DNA from: Octopus vulgaris
Taxonomy: Eukaryota
NCBI GenBank assembly: GCA_951406725.2
Contig: OX597838.1
Location: 27,094,001 to 27,158,000 of the forward strand
Direction of reading: 5' to 3'
Length of the DNA stretch: 64,000 nucleotides
The notes below the pieces were generated by a model. That model was not told where the DNA came from. It ran no database searches and saw only the letters and a list, made by a program, of their open reading frames with translations. This document shows, piece by piece, positions 1 to 12,792 of the stretch. Position 1 is the first letter of the stretch. Every line of letters starts with the position of its first letter. A program made the position numbers and the translations under genes.

Positions 1-829
1 ATTTAGCTGCTGCTCTTTACATTCTCAGTTCAGCTCCCACTGGAGTCAACTTTACTCTTCAGCCCTCCTGGGCTGATAAGATGAAGTACCAGTCTAGAAC
101 TGGGTTGTTGACTGCTTGTGTTGGTTAACCACATGCCACATGGTCGTGACAGATGAGGAGGCATTTTGCTTAGATGAGGACGACTGATATTCCGCTCAGC
201 TGGTCACCCAGGAGGACCTGGGGATATACCAACAAATAGTGAATGCAACAGCACATGCCCCCACACTTGACCTGGCCTGATCTGACCTTGAACTGGATCC
301 AGTGGTTTCATGTAAGCTCCTCTTCTAGAATATTTAGTTATAGCTATTTACATTCTGAGTTCAAATCCCACAATAGTCAATTTAACTTTTCATCCCCACC
401 AAGGTCAGAGAAATAAAGTATCAGTCCAGTACTGGGATCAGTGGTTTCAACTAAACCCCCTCCTCTCAAAATCATTGGTTTTGTACTTAAATCAGAAATC
501 ATTATTATAAAACACTACAGATTTGTCATTGATCTATTGGCAATTCTGTGTTCAATCAATTCCTCTTTCATATGAAGCTACATGCACTTGGAAGTTCAGT
601 ATCTCAACCCAGGTCAATATTTATCTCCTGTCTGCTTATTTATTTAGAGAGCCAACTGTTACCCACAAATAAATGACTTGGTAACATGTATCATGCTTCT
701 GTTAATGGGTTTTAGGTGCGTGTGAGTTGCATTCCAGAATTTTTGAGACTTTTATTAAGGAGAAACCTTTGTTATTAATTTCAAAGAAGTAAAACAACTC
801 TGGTCTCCTTCACAACAGGATCCTCACAC

Positions 830-1290
830 TTAAGTGTTTTTTTTTAAAATTATTTTTGTAGCATTCCATCCACTTTGTGAAGGCTCTATGAAAGTAATCC
901 AAAGTGAAGGTCTCTAGGACCCTTGTCACAGCCTCCTTCAGCTTGGGGAACAACCAAAAGTCACAAGGAACAAGGTCCAGAGTGTTGGAAGGGTGAGGGT
1001 CAGTTTTGGTGCCCATCTCTGTCAAGTAGTTGGTTACCAAGATGGAATTGTGGACTGGTGCATGGGGCCCTGGTGCTGGTGCTCTGGCCCTTTGTGAGGA
1101 AAGGTTTCCCTGAATACCCTCAAAACATCCACAAAGTATTCTTTGTTGACCATCTGGTCAGAGGAAACCCAGTGGATGTAGATGATGCCTTTGCTCTCAA
1201 AGAAGGGAGTCATTATGAGCTTCCTGGTCGATTTACTTTGCCTTGCCTCATGTCCCAGCAAAAAGAACAAATGCACAGTTGATACAAGTC
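830..1290 (-). mobile_element. Degenerate mariner-family transposase fragment
   Basis: Minus-strand ORFs give HPSNTLDLVPCDFWLFPKLKEA (mariner HPPYSPDLAPCDF motif) and KLIMTPFFESKGIIYIHWV...VNKEYFVDVL; frameshifted and deleted. Confidence 0.85.
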
Positions 1291-1534
1291 AATCCATGGC
1301 CAGTCTGGAGCACTTCATAAGTTCCTACAGTGTTATTGTCCAGTTTAACACAAAAAGCTTTATTGCATTAGCAGGCTTCCAAATTGTGTTCACATCCAAA
1401 CTGCATTCTGCAAACTCATCAGCTGTGACAAACAGTGGTTAGTAGGGTGAGTTCAAAGTGTTGTTACAGTGATCGCCTTCAATCTGGAATAAAAAAAGGC
1501 GGCAGGTCACCTTATTAGATACATTTTTTTGGTT

Positions 1535-1741
1535 ATTTTTACTAGTTTCAGTCATTTGATTGTGGCCATGCTGGAGCACCACCTTAGCCGAACAAATGGA
1601 CTGCCCCTCCTCCAGGTCTTTTTCTTTTGTAAGCCTAGTATTTATTATATCAGTAACTAAGTTACGGGCATGTAAACACACCAACAGCAGCTGTCAAGCG
1701 ATGGTGGGGGGACAAACACAGACACACAAACATATATACAC

Positions 1742-1794
<53 letters not shown>

Positions 1795-1960
1795 CATATA
1801 TATGATGGGCTTCTTTCAGTTTCTGTCTACCAAATCCACTCACAAGGCTTTGGTTGGCCCGAGGCTATAGTAGAAGACACTTGCCCAAGGTGCCACGTAC
1901 AGGGACTGAACCCAGAACCATGTGGTTGGGAAGCAAACTTCTTACCGTACATACACATCT
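1535..1960 (-). mobile_element. tRNA-derived SINE, family A (CORE-like, internal TA/TG microsatellite)
   Basis: Reverse complement matches the family A copy at 19240-19632. Confidence 0.85.
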
Positions 1961-2476
1961 GCTCCTATATACAGGTTTTTAAACTTTTTCCCATTCACAA
2001 AGTTTTTGGTATTCCATATTGTAAGAAACTCTCCATCTTTATTATTTTCTTTTAGCTCCTCATCACAATGCTTCAAGCAAGCTACAATGCTCATATATAT
2101 ATATATATGTATGTGTATGTATGTGTGTGTGTGCTGATTGCTACTTCTTGTCAGATGAGTGCCATCTCATCATTGAACACTGCACAATCATGAGCAAAAT
2201 TTTAGATTCTAAAAAATATGTGCAAGTGTACACACACACACATACATACACACACATACATACAGTGGACCTCTACATGACCTCTACACAGTTTCTGACA
2301 GCCAAATTCCTCATACAAGGCATTGATTAATTTGAGGCTGTGGTTGAAGACACTAGTGGTATTCTGTGATTACGAACCAGTATGTTGTTTGTACATGTGT
2401 GTGTGTGTTTGCTTGTTTCTTCAGTTTCTCAGTAAAATCCCTCCACTAAATAATTTTTTTTTCTCATCTATTTCAG

Positions 2477-2522
2477 GCCATTTGACACCCGGTGGACAAG
2501 ATTCCAGAGAAATGCAGAACAA
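2477..2522 (+). other. Candidate 46-bp internal exon
   Basis: T-rich tract + TTTCAG acceptor, CAA|GTATGT donor; open as (x)PFDTRWTRFQRNAEQ or (G)HLTPGGQDSREMQN; no homology recognised. Confidence 0.3.
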
Positions 2523-3001
2523 GTATGTGGTTTATGTTGTTCTCTCTTCTTTGTTGTTGTTTAACCACAGGTCAGTCCTGAATGAGCAGAGGAGTCCAGA
2601 ATCTACTCAGAAGGCTTTTGTCGGCCTGAGGCTATAGTAGAAAACACTTGCCCAAGGTGCCCCACAGTGGGACTGAACCTGGAACCATGTGGTTGGGCAA
2701 CAAGCGTCTTACCACACAGCATTGCTTGCACCTAATTACTAAACTATTAAGGTTCCCTCTGAGTATTCTACTAGACAATCACATGTTGGAAGCTATTGAA
2801 CTAATGACCATGATTGATGTTCAAATGTTGGGCCCCATGGAGGCGGCAGTGACAAGTGATCGAGACTGTGGGTGATATACTATTCTTGAGAAGAACTGTC
2901 AAGCCAAGTGAGATTGTAGTCGTGGCTGATGCCAGTGTCATATAAATGGCATGTAAAAAGCACCCTTGAATATTGGGCAATATGCTGTGCTTGAGAAGAC
3001 C

Positions 3002-3495
3002 CATCATCATCATCATCATTGTTTAATGTCTATTTTCCATGCTAGCATGGGTTGGACGGTTCGACCGGGGTCTGTGAAGCCAGGAGGCTGTGCCAGGCTC
3101 CAGTCTACCCTGGCAGTGTTTCTACAGCTGAATGCCCTTCCTAACGCCAACCACTCCGTGTGTGTAGTGGGTGCTCGTTACGTGCCACCGGCACAGGAGC
3201 AAGAGGAGGCTGGCAAACGGCCACGATCAGTTGGTGTTGTTTACGTGCCAGAGGAGGCTGGAAAACGGCCACGATTGGTTGGTGGTTTTTACGTGTCACC
3301 GGCACAGGAGCCAGAGGAGGCTGGAAAACGGCCACGATTGGTTGGTGCTGTTTACGTGCCACTGGCACAGATGTCAGAGGAGGCTGGCAAACAGCCACGA
3401 TCAGTTGGTGCTTTTTACGTGTCACCGACACGGACGCCAGTCAGGCGGTGCTGGCATCAGCCACGTTCGGATGGTGCTTTTTACATGCCACCAAG
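3002..3495 (-). mobile_element. 5'-truncated 3' end of RTE-clade LINE (family C) with internal GGTGGCACGTAAAAAGCACC repeats
   Basis: Reverse complement matches the 3' UTR at 18880-19236, including AGGAAGGGCATCCAGCTGTAGAAAC and the (GAT)n tail. Confidence 0.85.
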
Positions 3496-3499
3496 CCAA

Positions 3500-4040
3500 G
3501 TGAAATCGTAGTCATGACCAATTTCAGTGTTTTGTGTAAGTGGCACCCACGCCAGTGGCATGTAAAAAGCATCATTCAAATGTTGGGCCTCACAGAGGCA
3601 TTGAGAAGTGATTGAGACCTTTGGTGATATAACTGTACTTGAGAAGAACTGTCGAGCTAAAAGTGATTGTAGTCATGGCCAACGCCTGTGTCGCATAACT
3701 AGCACCCATGCTGGTGACATGTAAAAATGGCTGTTCAAACATTGGGCCTCACAGAAGCAGTGTCAAGTGATTGGGATCTTTGGCAATATACTGTGAAGAC
3801 CTGTCGAGCCAAATGAGGTCATATTTGTGGTCGGTGCCAATGCTGCTTAATTGGCACCCATGCCGGTGACACGTAAAAAGGAACCCATTACTCTCTTGGG
3901 AATGGTTGGCATTAGGAAGAGCATTGAGCTGTTGAAACCATGCTAAATCAGACTGGAACCTGGTGCAGCTTACCTGGTTTCAGTCAAACTGTCCAACCCA
4001 TGCCAGCATGGAAAGCAAACATTAAATGATGATGATGATG
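3500..4040 (+). mobile_element. RTE LINE C-terminus/3' UTR with tandemly repeated unit
   Basis: Repeated GGCCTCACAGAGGCA...GAGACCTTTGG...CTTGAGAAGA unit (LGLTEA..SD) followed by family C 3' end and (GAT)n. Confidence 0.7.
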
Positions 4041-4071
4041 ACAACAACGACGACGGCGGCGGCGGCGGTTC

Positions 4072-4421
4072 TGGTTGATCCGAATCAGCGGAACAGCCTG
4101 CTCGTGAAATTAACATGTAAGTGGCTGAGCACTCCTCAGACACGTGTACCCTTAACGTAGTTCTCGGAGATATTCAGCGTGACACAGAGAGTGACAAGGC
4201 CAGCCCTTTGAAATACAGGTACAACAGAAACAGGAAGTAAGAGTGAGAGAAAGTTGTGGTGAAAGAGTACAGCAGGGATCACCACCATCCCCTGCCGGAG
4301 CCTCGTGGAGCTTTAGGTGTTTTCGCTCAATAAACACTCACAACACCCGGTCTGGGAATCGAAACCACGATCCTATGACCGCGAGTCCGCTGCCCTAACC
4401 ACTGGGCCATTGCGCCTCCAC
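4072..4421 (-). mobile_element. tRNA-derived SINE, family D
   Basis: Minus strand starts GTGGAGGCGCAATGGCCCAGTGGTTAGGGC (A box) ... GGTTTCGATTCCC (B box); 3' part recurs at about 39790-39940. Confidence 0.8.
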
Positions 4422-4919
4422 CTGATGATGATGATGATGAACAGCATCAACAACAACAGTAGATACTTTGACTACCTCTAAAAAAAAAAAACCTATCCTG
4501 TTGTCGAATGAGGTAGCTGCTCTTCGAAAACCTCACGAGCTAATTGCACCAACAAATTGATTATGTATAACATAGTACAGCTGTTTATGTTGTTGTCAGG
4601 GAGTTCATCCATTTAAGTGCACAGCTGCTAACCAACCACATTGATAATGGCTGTTGTATGTAATGATTGTACCCAGAGGGAACGGCTGTTGACAGCAGTC
4701 ATTAACAAAAATGTTTTCAAAGGAATTTTATACGTAACTGATCAAATTGCAAATCCTGTTGCCAATGGTTTTAGCTCTGAATTTTGTGATATGTCTTCTT
4801 CTGGGAGTTTGATTTGAATTACTCAGTTAACTTCTCTTCTTACTTTGGTGTTGTGGTTTGGGATGTTGAAAGCCTGCATTAGAAATACAAAAAAAACAAA
4901 GCTATGGCTACAAAAATAG

Positions 4920-5360
4920 TTGCGTGTATGTGTGTATATATATATATGTATATATATGTGTGTGTGTGTGTGTATGTATGTCTATGAGTGTGTACATAAA
5001 TATTGTGTGTGTCTATCTGTCTATGTATGTTTGTATGAATGCATGCTTGCTTGCACAATAAATCAATATCCTTATCTGTCTATCCTTTTATCTATCTATC
5101 TATCTATCCATCCATCCATCCATCTGTCTGTCTATCTGTCCATTTATATCTATTTATCTACCTACCTACCCATCCATCTATCTATCTGTCTATCTTTTTA
5201 TCTATCTGTCTATCTATCTATCTATCTACCTACCTACCTATCTATCTATCTATCTTTCTATCTATCTATCTATCTTTCTGTCTGTCTATCTATCTATCAA
5301 AGTATCTATCCATCCATCCATCCATCTAGCTATCTGTGTACTTATCTGTCTATCATTCAA
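4920..5360 (+). repeat. Compound (TG)/(TA)/(TATC)/(TCCA) microsatellite
   Basis: Directly visible. Confidence 0.95.
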
Positions 5361-5629
5361 CCAACCATTTGTATGTCTACCATTTCTAGAATAGGCACAC
5401 TGTATTCCTGAGGGTTGCAGAAGGCAAATAAAAGCATTGATGTCAGAAAGGACATCTGATCGCAAAACACCATATCATGCTGTGTGGTAAGAAGCTTGCT
5501 TCCCAACCACATGGTTCTGGGTTCAGTCCTAATGTGTGGCACCTTCAACAAGTGTCTTCTACTATAGCCTTGGGCTGACAAAAGCCTTGTGAATGGATTT
5601 GGTAGACGGAAACTGAAAAGAAGTCCATT

Positions 5630-6054
5630 GGCGATCTTTCGTCTCTAGTAGACCTTTCCGTCGATTTCCGTAAAAAATATTTTTTTTTTTTACATATGGG
5701 CTTGCGGGAACTTTTGAAGTAATATACATACATATACACATACACCGAGTAAAAAATTTCAGTTATCTCTTTCTTTCACACATTACTCTGTCTCTTCACA
5801 CACACTAACAGAAGCACTTCACTTACACAACATACTGTCTGTCTCCCACACCCCATCAAACACACACACACACACACATGTACATCAATGCTCCCATGCA
5901 CGGTAACTTCAAAAGAACTTCCCTCGTCATACAATCGCTTTCTCTTAGTCTCTTTCGCACTCATTACTTCAAAAGTTCCCGCAAGCCCATATGTAAAAAA
6001 AAAAATTTTTTTACGGAAATCGACGGAAAGGTCTACTAGAGACGAAAGATTGCC
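5630..6054. mobile_element. MITE with ~93-bp TIRs and 9-bp TSD (Merlin- or Mutator-like), nested in a family A SINE
   Basis: 5630-5722 is the inverted copy of ~5963-6054; termini GGCGA.../...TTGCC; flanks AAGTCCATT (5621-5629) and AAGTCCATC (6055-6063). Confidence 0.85.
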
Positions 6055-6842
6055 AAGTCCATCGTATATATTATATATATTGAGGGAAAACAAGAAGAAA
6101 ATGGGGAATAAATGGATATAATTACTAATTTATTTGTATATTACAAAAAGAGGACATGTTTTTAAAAAAAAAAACACTACAAATAAATTGATTGGAAGTT
6201 GAAAGCTCAAAGAAATATGATTATAATTGTGGTGATGGTGGTGGTGGTGGAGATGATGATGCTAATGATGATTATGATGGTGGTGGTGGTGGTAATGGTA
6301 GTGGTGATGATGATGCTGATGATGATGGTTGTGACGAGGTGTTACGTATTTTATGTTCAGCTGCGAAAATTTCTAAAAATTTTCAAAAATCTCCCATTAC
6401 TTCTTCTAAATGCATTCTCTTCATTTTTCAGAAGCCTTGTTGAAAATTTCGAATTTGTCTTCACCAAATATTTCCCACAAGAGGTTTGTCTAATTCCCTC
6501 TGGTTTTTAAATTTTTATCTTTTGACATGCTGTTTTGCCATCTTCTTTCTGCGTACATACATACCGTGTGTGTGTGTGTGTGTACGTGTGTGTGCTATTC
6601 TTGTGTTTTTTTCTTGTTGTTGGTTACACTTATTGTCTTGCTTTTTAAATCATCATTTATAACCATTAGAAGCTCCATATGGGAAAACGGTTGCATGAGA
6701 CCAATATTCTTCATCGGTTAACTCATTTCCAATAGTTCACTCTATTCATGAGTGTTTTCAAGCATTATTATTGCAAAGGTTGGCAAAAATGTGATCTTCT
6801 TCTGTTTTTAAACCCTCCCTTAATATATTTCTAATGAAATAC

Positions 6843-7243
6843 TCTTTTACTCTTTTACTTGTTTCAGTCATTTGACTGCGGCCATGCTGGAGCACCGCCT
6901 TTTAGTCGATCAAATCAACCCCGAGACTTATTCTTTGTAAGCCCAGTACTTATTCTATCGGTCTCTTTTGCCGAACCACTAAGTGACGTAGCAATGCTAG
7001 GGGTAGAAACACAAACACTCACACACACACACACATATATATATATATACACATATATATATATATATACACATATATACGACAGGCTTCTTTCAGTTTC
7101 CGTCTACCAAATCCACTCACAAGGCATTGGTCGGCCCGGGGCTATAGCAGAAGACACTTGCCCAAGATGCCTCGCAGTGGGACTGAACCCGGAACCATGT
7201 GGTTGGTTAGCAAGCTACTTACCACACAGCCACTCCTGCGCCT
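6843..7243 (-). mobile_element. Family A SINE
   Basis: Near full-length reverse-complement match to 19240-19632. Confidence 0.85.
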
Positions 7244-7480
7244 ACACTGACTTTGTTTGAATTAATTTGGAAATTAATGAAGAATTTAGTAAAATAACTT
7301 TGTCATTATTAAACTGGTGTTTGGAACATGAATTAAACATGAAATTTTGATGGAAGATTTTAATTCAGTTCATTTTAAGACAGAAAGTTTGTGACATAAT
7401 ACCAGGGGCAAATATCAAATAGGTTACTATCAAAAGACTTAACCCTTTCGTTACCATATTTCTGTTGAAAATAATGCCTG

Positions 7481-7812
7481 TCATCATCATCATCATCATC
7501 ATCATTTAATGTCCGTTTTCCATGCTACCATGGGTTGGATGGTTCAACTGGGGTCTGGGAAGCCAGGAGGCTGCACCAGGCTCCAGTCTGATGTGGCAGT
7601 GTTTCTAATGCTGGATGCCCTTCCTAACGCCAACCACTCCGTGAGTGTAGTGGGTGCTTTTTATGTGCCACCGGCACATGGGCCAGAGGAGGCTGGCAAA
7701 AGGCCACGATCAGTTGGTGCTTTTTACATGTCACTGACATGGACACCAGTCAGGCGGCGCTGGCATCTGCCACATTTGGCTGGTGCTTTTTACATGCCAC
7801 CGGCACAGGTAT
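7481..7812 (-). mobile_element. Family C (RTE LINE 3' end)
   Basis: (CAT)n followed by TTTAATGTCCGTTTTCCATGCT...GGATGCCCTTCCTAACGCCAACCAC. Confidence 0.85.
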
Positions 7813-8159
7813 CATAATCAATTAATTTTGAAAATATAAAAATTAGCAAAATAGCTTTGTTGTTATTTTAAGTTGCTTTTTGAAATATAAATTAACATAA
7901 TAAATTAACACAGTAAATTAACATGAAATTTTTGATTTAAAGTTTATACTGAGATCACTTTAAAACAGGAAGTTTGCAACATAAAACAGGAACAACCTGA
8001 GGCAAGTTGGTAGCATATTTCTGCTGAAATACGCTGCCTTTATTTCGATTAATTTCGAAAATCGTGAAGAATATAAAATCACTTTGTCTTAAGTTGGAAC
8101 ATCAGGTAACATGGAACATTCAGAACATAAAGTAACAAGAAATTTTGATGGAAGGTTTT

Positions 8160-8624
8160 TGACCCTTTTCTTATCATATTTCTGTTGAGGTGCTCTGTGT
8201 TTCTTTCAATTAATTTTAAATATAACAAAGAATTTAGTAAAATAACCGAGTTATCTTTAAGCTAGTGTTAAGAACATAAATTATGACTAAGGTTTGGTGG
8301 AAGATTTTAAAAGAAGACATTTGTACTACAGAGTCAGAGGTGGTTTCAGCTGGGTTGGTATTGAAAGGGTTAAGAATTGTTTCTCTATTATATATTTTAA
8401 CCCTTTTGTTACCATATTTCTCTTGAAATGCTCTGTTTCTTTCAATTAATTTTAAATATAACAAAGCATTTTGTAAAATAACCTAGTTATCATTAAGCTA
8501 GTGTTAAGAACATAAATTGTGACTAAGGTTTGGTGGAAGATTTTAATTCAAAATTTATGAAAACAAGACATTTGTTCTACAGAGCCAGAGCTAGTTTCAG
8601 CTGGGTTGGTATCAAAAGGGTTAA
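8160..8624 (-). mobile_element. Two adjacent piggyBac-like MITE copies (family E) in a cluster of older fragments (~7250-8765)
   Basis: (TTAA)CCCTTT...AAAGGGTTAA termini; internal sequence matches the 12793-14742 array unit in reverse. Confidence 0.8.
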
Positions 8625-9704
8625 AAATATTATGGTGTACTACAGAATCAGAGGCAGTTTCAGGCAGGCTGGTATCAAAGAGGTTAATTCAGTTCACTTT
8701 AAAACAGGAAGTTTGTCACACAGAACCAAGGGCAGTCTCAGTTTGGCTGGTATAAAAAGGGTTACGGTGGTTTTAGAGTATTAGGAGTGAAATAGAGAGG
8801 GAGAAGAAAGAGAAAAATGTTCTTAGCTTTGCGTCTCGGTCATCGTGTGGCAGAATAAAAATGGCCAGGACTGCCAGCGAATTAAGGGACGATGGTCAGA
8901 ATATTCATGCAGTGGGGGTAGAAGCAAGTAATTTACTTAACGAGTAATTCTTAGAGTAATTCTAAGGTGTTGATTACAACTATAACAGTTTTTCTCTTCT
9001 AGCACATCATATTTAGTCACAAAGCATTAAAAAAAAAGCAAAGATGTGAAATATATGGTACTATTTCAGTGATGTTTCTTTACAACATGGAAAGTTCACT
9101 CTGTAAAGTGGTTGGAGTTTGGAAGTGCATCCAACTGTAAAAACCATGACAAAACTGTCCTTGCCTGTGCTGGTGTCACATAAAAACCTCTCGGTTCACT
9201 CTGCAGGGTGGTTGTCCAATTATGTAAATACATACAAGATAGTCCCACCTGAATTTACTGCAAGGTAACGAGATGTTCAAGGTTAACAACCTGATCACAA
9301 CTGTGCTCTTAATTACCATAGATTTCTTTTTTGATGTTTTTTTACATCAATCTTTTACCTTTTATTTTTTATCTCTTACTTGTTTCAGTCATTTGACTGC
9401 GACCATGCTGGGGCATCAGCTTGACATTACCCTTGGTTCTATGTGACAAACTTACTGTTTTAAAGTGAACTGAATTAACCCTTTTGACACCAACCCTCTG
9501 GTTCTATAGTACTTGTTTTTTTTTTAAAAAAACCTTGTTCCCACTCTCTTGGTCTCTTTTGTTGAACCACTAAGTTATAGGGATGTAAACACACCAACAC
9601 CAGTTGTCAAGTGGTTTCAAGTTCTCTGCATACTTTGTTCTTAAACTTCAGTTTCTACACATCACTAACTTTGATATTTTGTTTCTGTATTTCTTTCCTT
9701 ACAG

Positions 9705-9797
9705 AAATCTGCAGACCCCCAAACTGCTGCTGATCCCTCACAAGAACCCCAGTTTAAGGAACATGATATTGACATACTGAAGAGGCAAAAAGATCAG
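9705..9797 (+). other. Candidate 93-bp symmetric exon (KSADPQTAADPSQEPQFKEHDIDILKRQKDQ)
   Basis: CACTAAC branch point (9663-9669), pyrimidine tract, TACAG acceptor, CAG|GTAAGT donor, 31 open codons in phase 0. Confidence 0.45.
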
Positions 9798-10142
9798 GTA
9801 AGTTTGGTTTGGTATTCTTAAGCCAGACGTTTACCATTGTATTTGTATTTCATGTGTGTGTGTATGCGCGCATGCGTGTGTGTGTGTGTCTCAAAGAAAG
9901 GATCAAAGAACTGTCTGCTGCCATAGGCTCAAAATCTAGTTTCCCGGATTCTGTGGTGTACACATTCCATACTGGATGAAATGCCAGTCTGTCACAAGAT
10001 TTGCCACTTTTGCCAGCTGAGCAAACTGGAGCAACATGGAAGAAAGTATTTTGCTCAAGAACACAATTCAGTGCCCAATCCAGGAACTGAAACCACAATC
10101 TCATGGTCATGAGTGCAACACCCTAACCACTAAGCCACACGC

Positions 10143-10183
<41 letters not shown>

Positions 10184-10194
10184 CATATATATAT

Positions 10195-10428
10195 TTATTT
10201 CTTTACTACCCACAAGGGGCTAAACACAGAGGGGACAAACAAGGACAGACAAACGGATTAAGTCGATTACATCAACCCCAGTGCGTAACTGGTACTTAAT
10301 TTATCGACCCCGAAAGGATGAAAGGCAAAGTCGACCTCGGCGGAATTTGAACCCAGAACATAACGGCAGACGAAATACGGCTACGCATTTCGCCCGGCAT
10401 GCTCCCGTTTCTGCCAGCTCGCCACCTT
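10195..10428 (-). mobile_element. tRNA-derived SINE, family B
   Basis: Reverse-complement match to 46431-46660. Confidence 0.85.
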
Positions 10429-10683
10429 CGATATACATATATGTATTGATTAGTTATAAGATTCAATAGAATCTAGGCACATCAACACTTAGGATGCCAG
10501 AAATGGCTAGGAACAATAGCATAGGGTTCGCAGTGAGATAAAGCAACAATAACGATATCAAGTGTTGGTAGAACTCTGTAGATATGTGAGTACCAAATCC
10601 AATTTAAATTGTAGATCTAACTCAGGGTTGGTTTGAGGTGCAGCATGGGTATAAAAAAAGGAGAATACAAATGGGGTTTAAAA

Positions 10684-10765
10684 TTTACAACAGCTGTTTC
10701 GATAGCATTTTATTGATGCATTCATAGATTACATCATAACATAAAGTCTACCATCTTCAGGTAAA
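10684..10765 (-). ncRNA. Type I hammerhead ribozyme motif (Penelope-like)
   Basis: Minus strand: TTTAC-CTGAAGA-T-GGTAG-(long loop)-CTATC-GAAA-CAGCTG-TT-GTAAA; stem I TTTAC/GTAAA, stem II GGTAG/CTATC, palindromic stem III ACAGCTGT. Confidence 0.75.
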
Positions 10766-10933
10766 ATTTTAAACAGGTATCAAACAGGTGAGATAATACA
10801 TCGATTGTGCCAAATCCAGCCAACACTGTTTAAACTCCATTTGTGTTCTCTTTATGTATGTGTGTGTGTGTGTCTATATATATATTTATTTATAATGATG
10901 ATGATGATGATGATAATGTATGCATATATATAT

Positions 10934-10976
<43 letters not shown>

Positions 10977-11046
10977 GGAAAGTTTGCAAAAATAAACAAA
11001 AGACGAAGGCAGGTGGTGTACAAACAAACAGATGTATTAGTATAGT

Positions 11047-11082
11047 CTTTTATGTTTCGAGCCTATGCTCTTCTACAGAAAG
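11047..11082 (-). ncRNA. Degenerate minimal hammerhead-like motif in a (TA)n-associated mini-element (~10972-11105)
   Basis: Minus strand: CTTT-CTGTAGA-A-GAGC-ATAG-GCTC-GAAA-CA-TA-AAAG; paralogous to 28650-28687. Confidence 0.5.
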
Positions 11083-11190
11083 GTACACAGAAAAAACAAG
11101 GAGATGTATGTATTATATCAACTTATCCCACTAAGTTCAAATGCTAAACATTTCATCCAATGTGCTAATGAGTCTGCCAGCTCGCCACCT

Positions 11191-11218
11191 TAATAATAAT
11201 AACAACAACAACAACAAC

Positions 11219-11259
<41 letters not shown>

Positions 11260-11404
11260 TAATAATAATAACAACAATACTAATAATAATAACAACAACA
11301 ACAATAATAATCATAATAATGATAATAATAATAATAACAACAACAACAATAATAATAATAACAACAACAACAACAACAATAATAATAACAACAACAACAA
11401 TAAT
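11191..11404 (+). repeat. (AAT)n/(AAC)n microsatellite
   Basis: Directly visible. Confidence 0.95.
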
Positions 11405-12792
11405 GGTTTCAAATTTTGGCACAAGGCCAGAATTTTTAGGGGAGGGTGTAATTCAGCCCCATGTGCTCAACTGATACTTATTTTATCAACCCTGATAGAA
11501 TAAAAGGCAAAGCTGACCTTGGCAGGCTTTGAATGTTCAACAACAACAATAATAATGATAATACTTATGATAAAAAAAATCATGATAACAGCAACAACAC
11601 TGAGAATGATAAAGGAAATTATCCGATCGATAAAGCAAATCTTTTACTATGAAATTACTTCTGTCTTATTTTTCATTTCATTTTATATATATCTTATACA
11701 TCTATATATTTAAAAAAATCAGACTTGATTTCATTGTCTATTAGCACCTCTTTGTAGTTTTCTGCAATTATTGGTTGTCTGTAGTAGGTGATAGCATTTC
11801 TTACCAATTTTTCTAAAAATCCAAGTTCATCTGTTTGGTAAATGGTGTAATATACAAAAACATTCAGTGTTTTTGTACATCACACCTCAAAAAACTTTCT
11901 GTGATTAAAGTGGCCCACAATTTAATTTGAGTTGGCCAGGCCTGGATTAGATCTTACCCCAAAATTTCAGGCCTTATGCCTATAATAGAAAGTCTTATTA
12001 TTATTATTGAGTGAGAGAACAGCACATGTCACCATATCCTCTTCTTCTTCTCCCCTCCTCCTCTTCCTTCCCCCTCCTCCACCACCATCACCACCACTAT
12101 TATTATTATTATTATTATTATTATTAAGAACGTGACAAGCTGGCAGGATCGTTAGCATGGTGGGCAAAATGCTTAGCAGCATCTGTACATTCTGAGTTCA
12201 AACTCTGCCGAGGTCAACTTTGCCTTTCATCATTTCGGGGTTGATAAATTAAGTTCCAGTTGCATACTGGGGTCGATCTAATCGACTGGCCCCCTCTCCC
12301 AAAATTTCAGGCCTTGTACCTAGAGAAGTAAAAAATTCTTATTAGTAACTCACTGTATTAATTCTAATCCTTGTTTTTTGTTGAATGATTTATCCTAGTT
12401 CTAATTTTTTTTTTTTAAAGTTTGGTACTTGTGCTATAAGGCTCTTTTGCCGAATTGCCGAGTTAAAGGGACATAAACACACCGACACCAGTGATGGGAG
12501 ACAAACACACTCACACACACACACATGTATAAGGCAGTGCTCCAGCATGGCTGCAGTCAAATGACTGAACAAAGTAAAAGCAAAAGTTAAAAAATATATA
12601 CAACAGGCTTCTTTTAGTTTCCATCGACCAAATCCACCTACGAGGCTTTGGTTGAACTGAGGCTATAATAGAAGACACTTGCCCTAAGTGTCACGCAGTG
12701 GAACTGAAACCAGAACCATGTGGTTGGGAAGCAAGCTTCTTACCACACAGCAATGCTTTCATCTAAATTGTTTCTTTCTTTCCAATTTCTTT

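Noticed and set aside
2966-3615. 181-aa and 151-aa repetitive ORFs
   Set aside because: Antisense reading of the LINE 3' UTR repeats, recurring in every family C copy.
4340-4421. tRNA gene (also 55448-55520 and family A/B heads)
   Set aside because: A and B boxes are present but acceptor and anticodon stems are broken, and each is fused to a SINE body.
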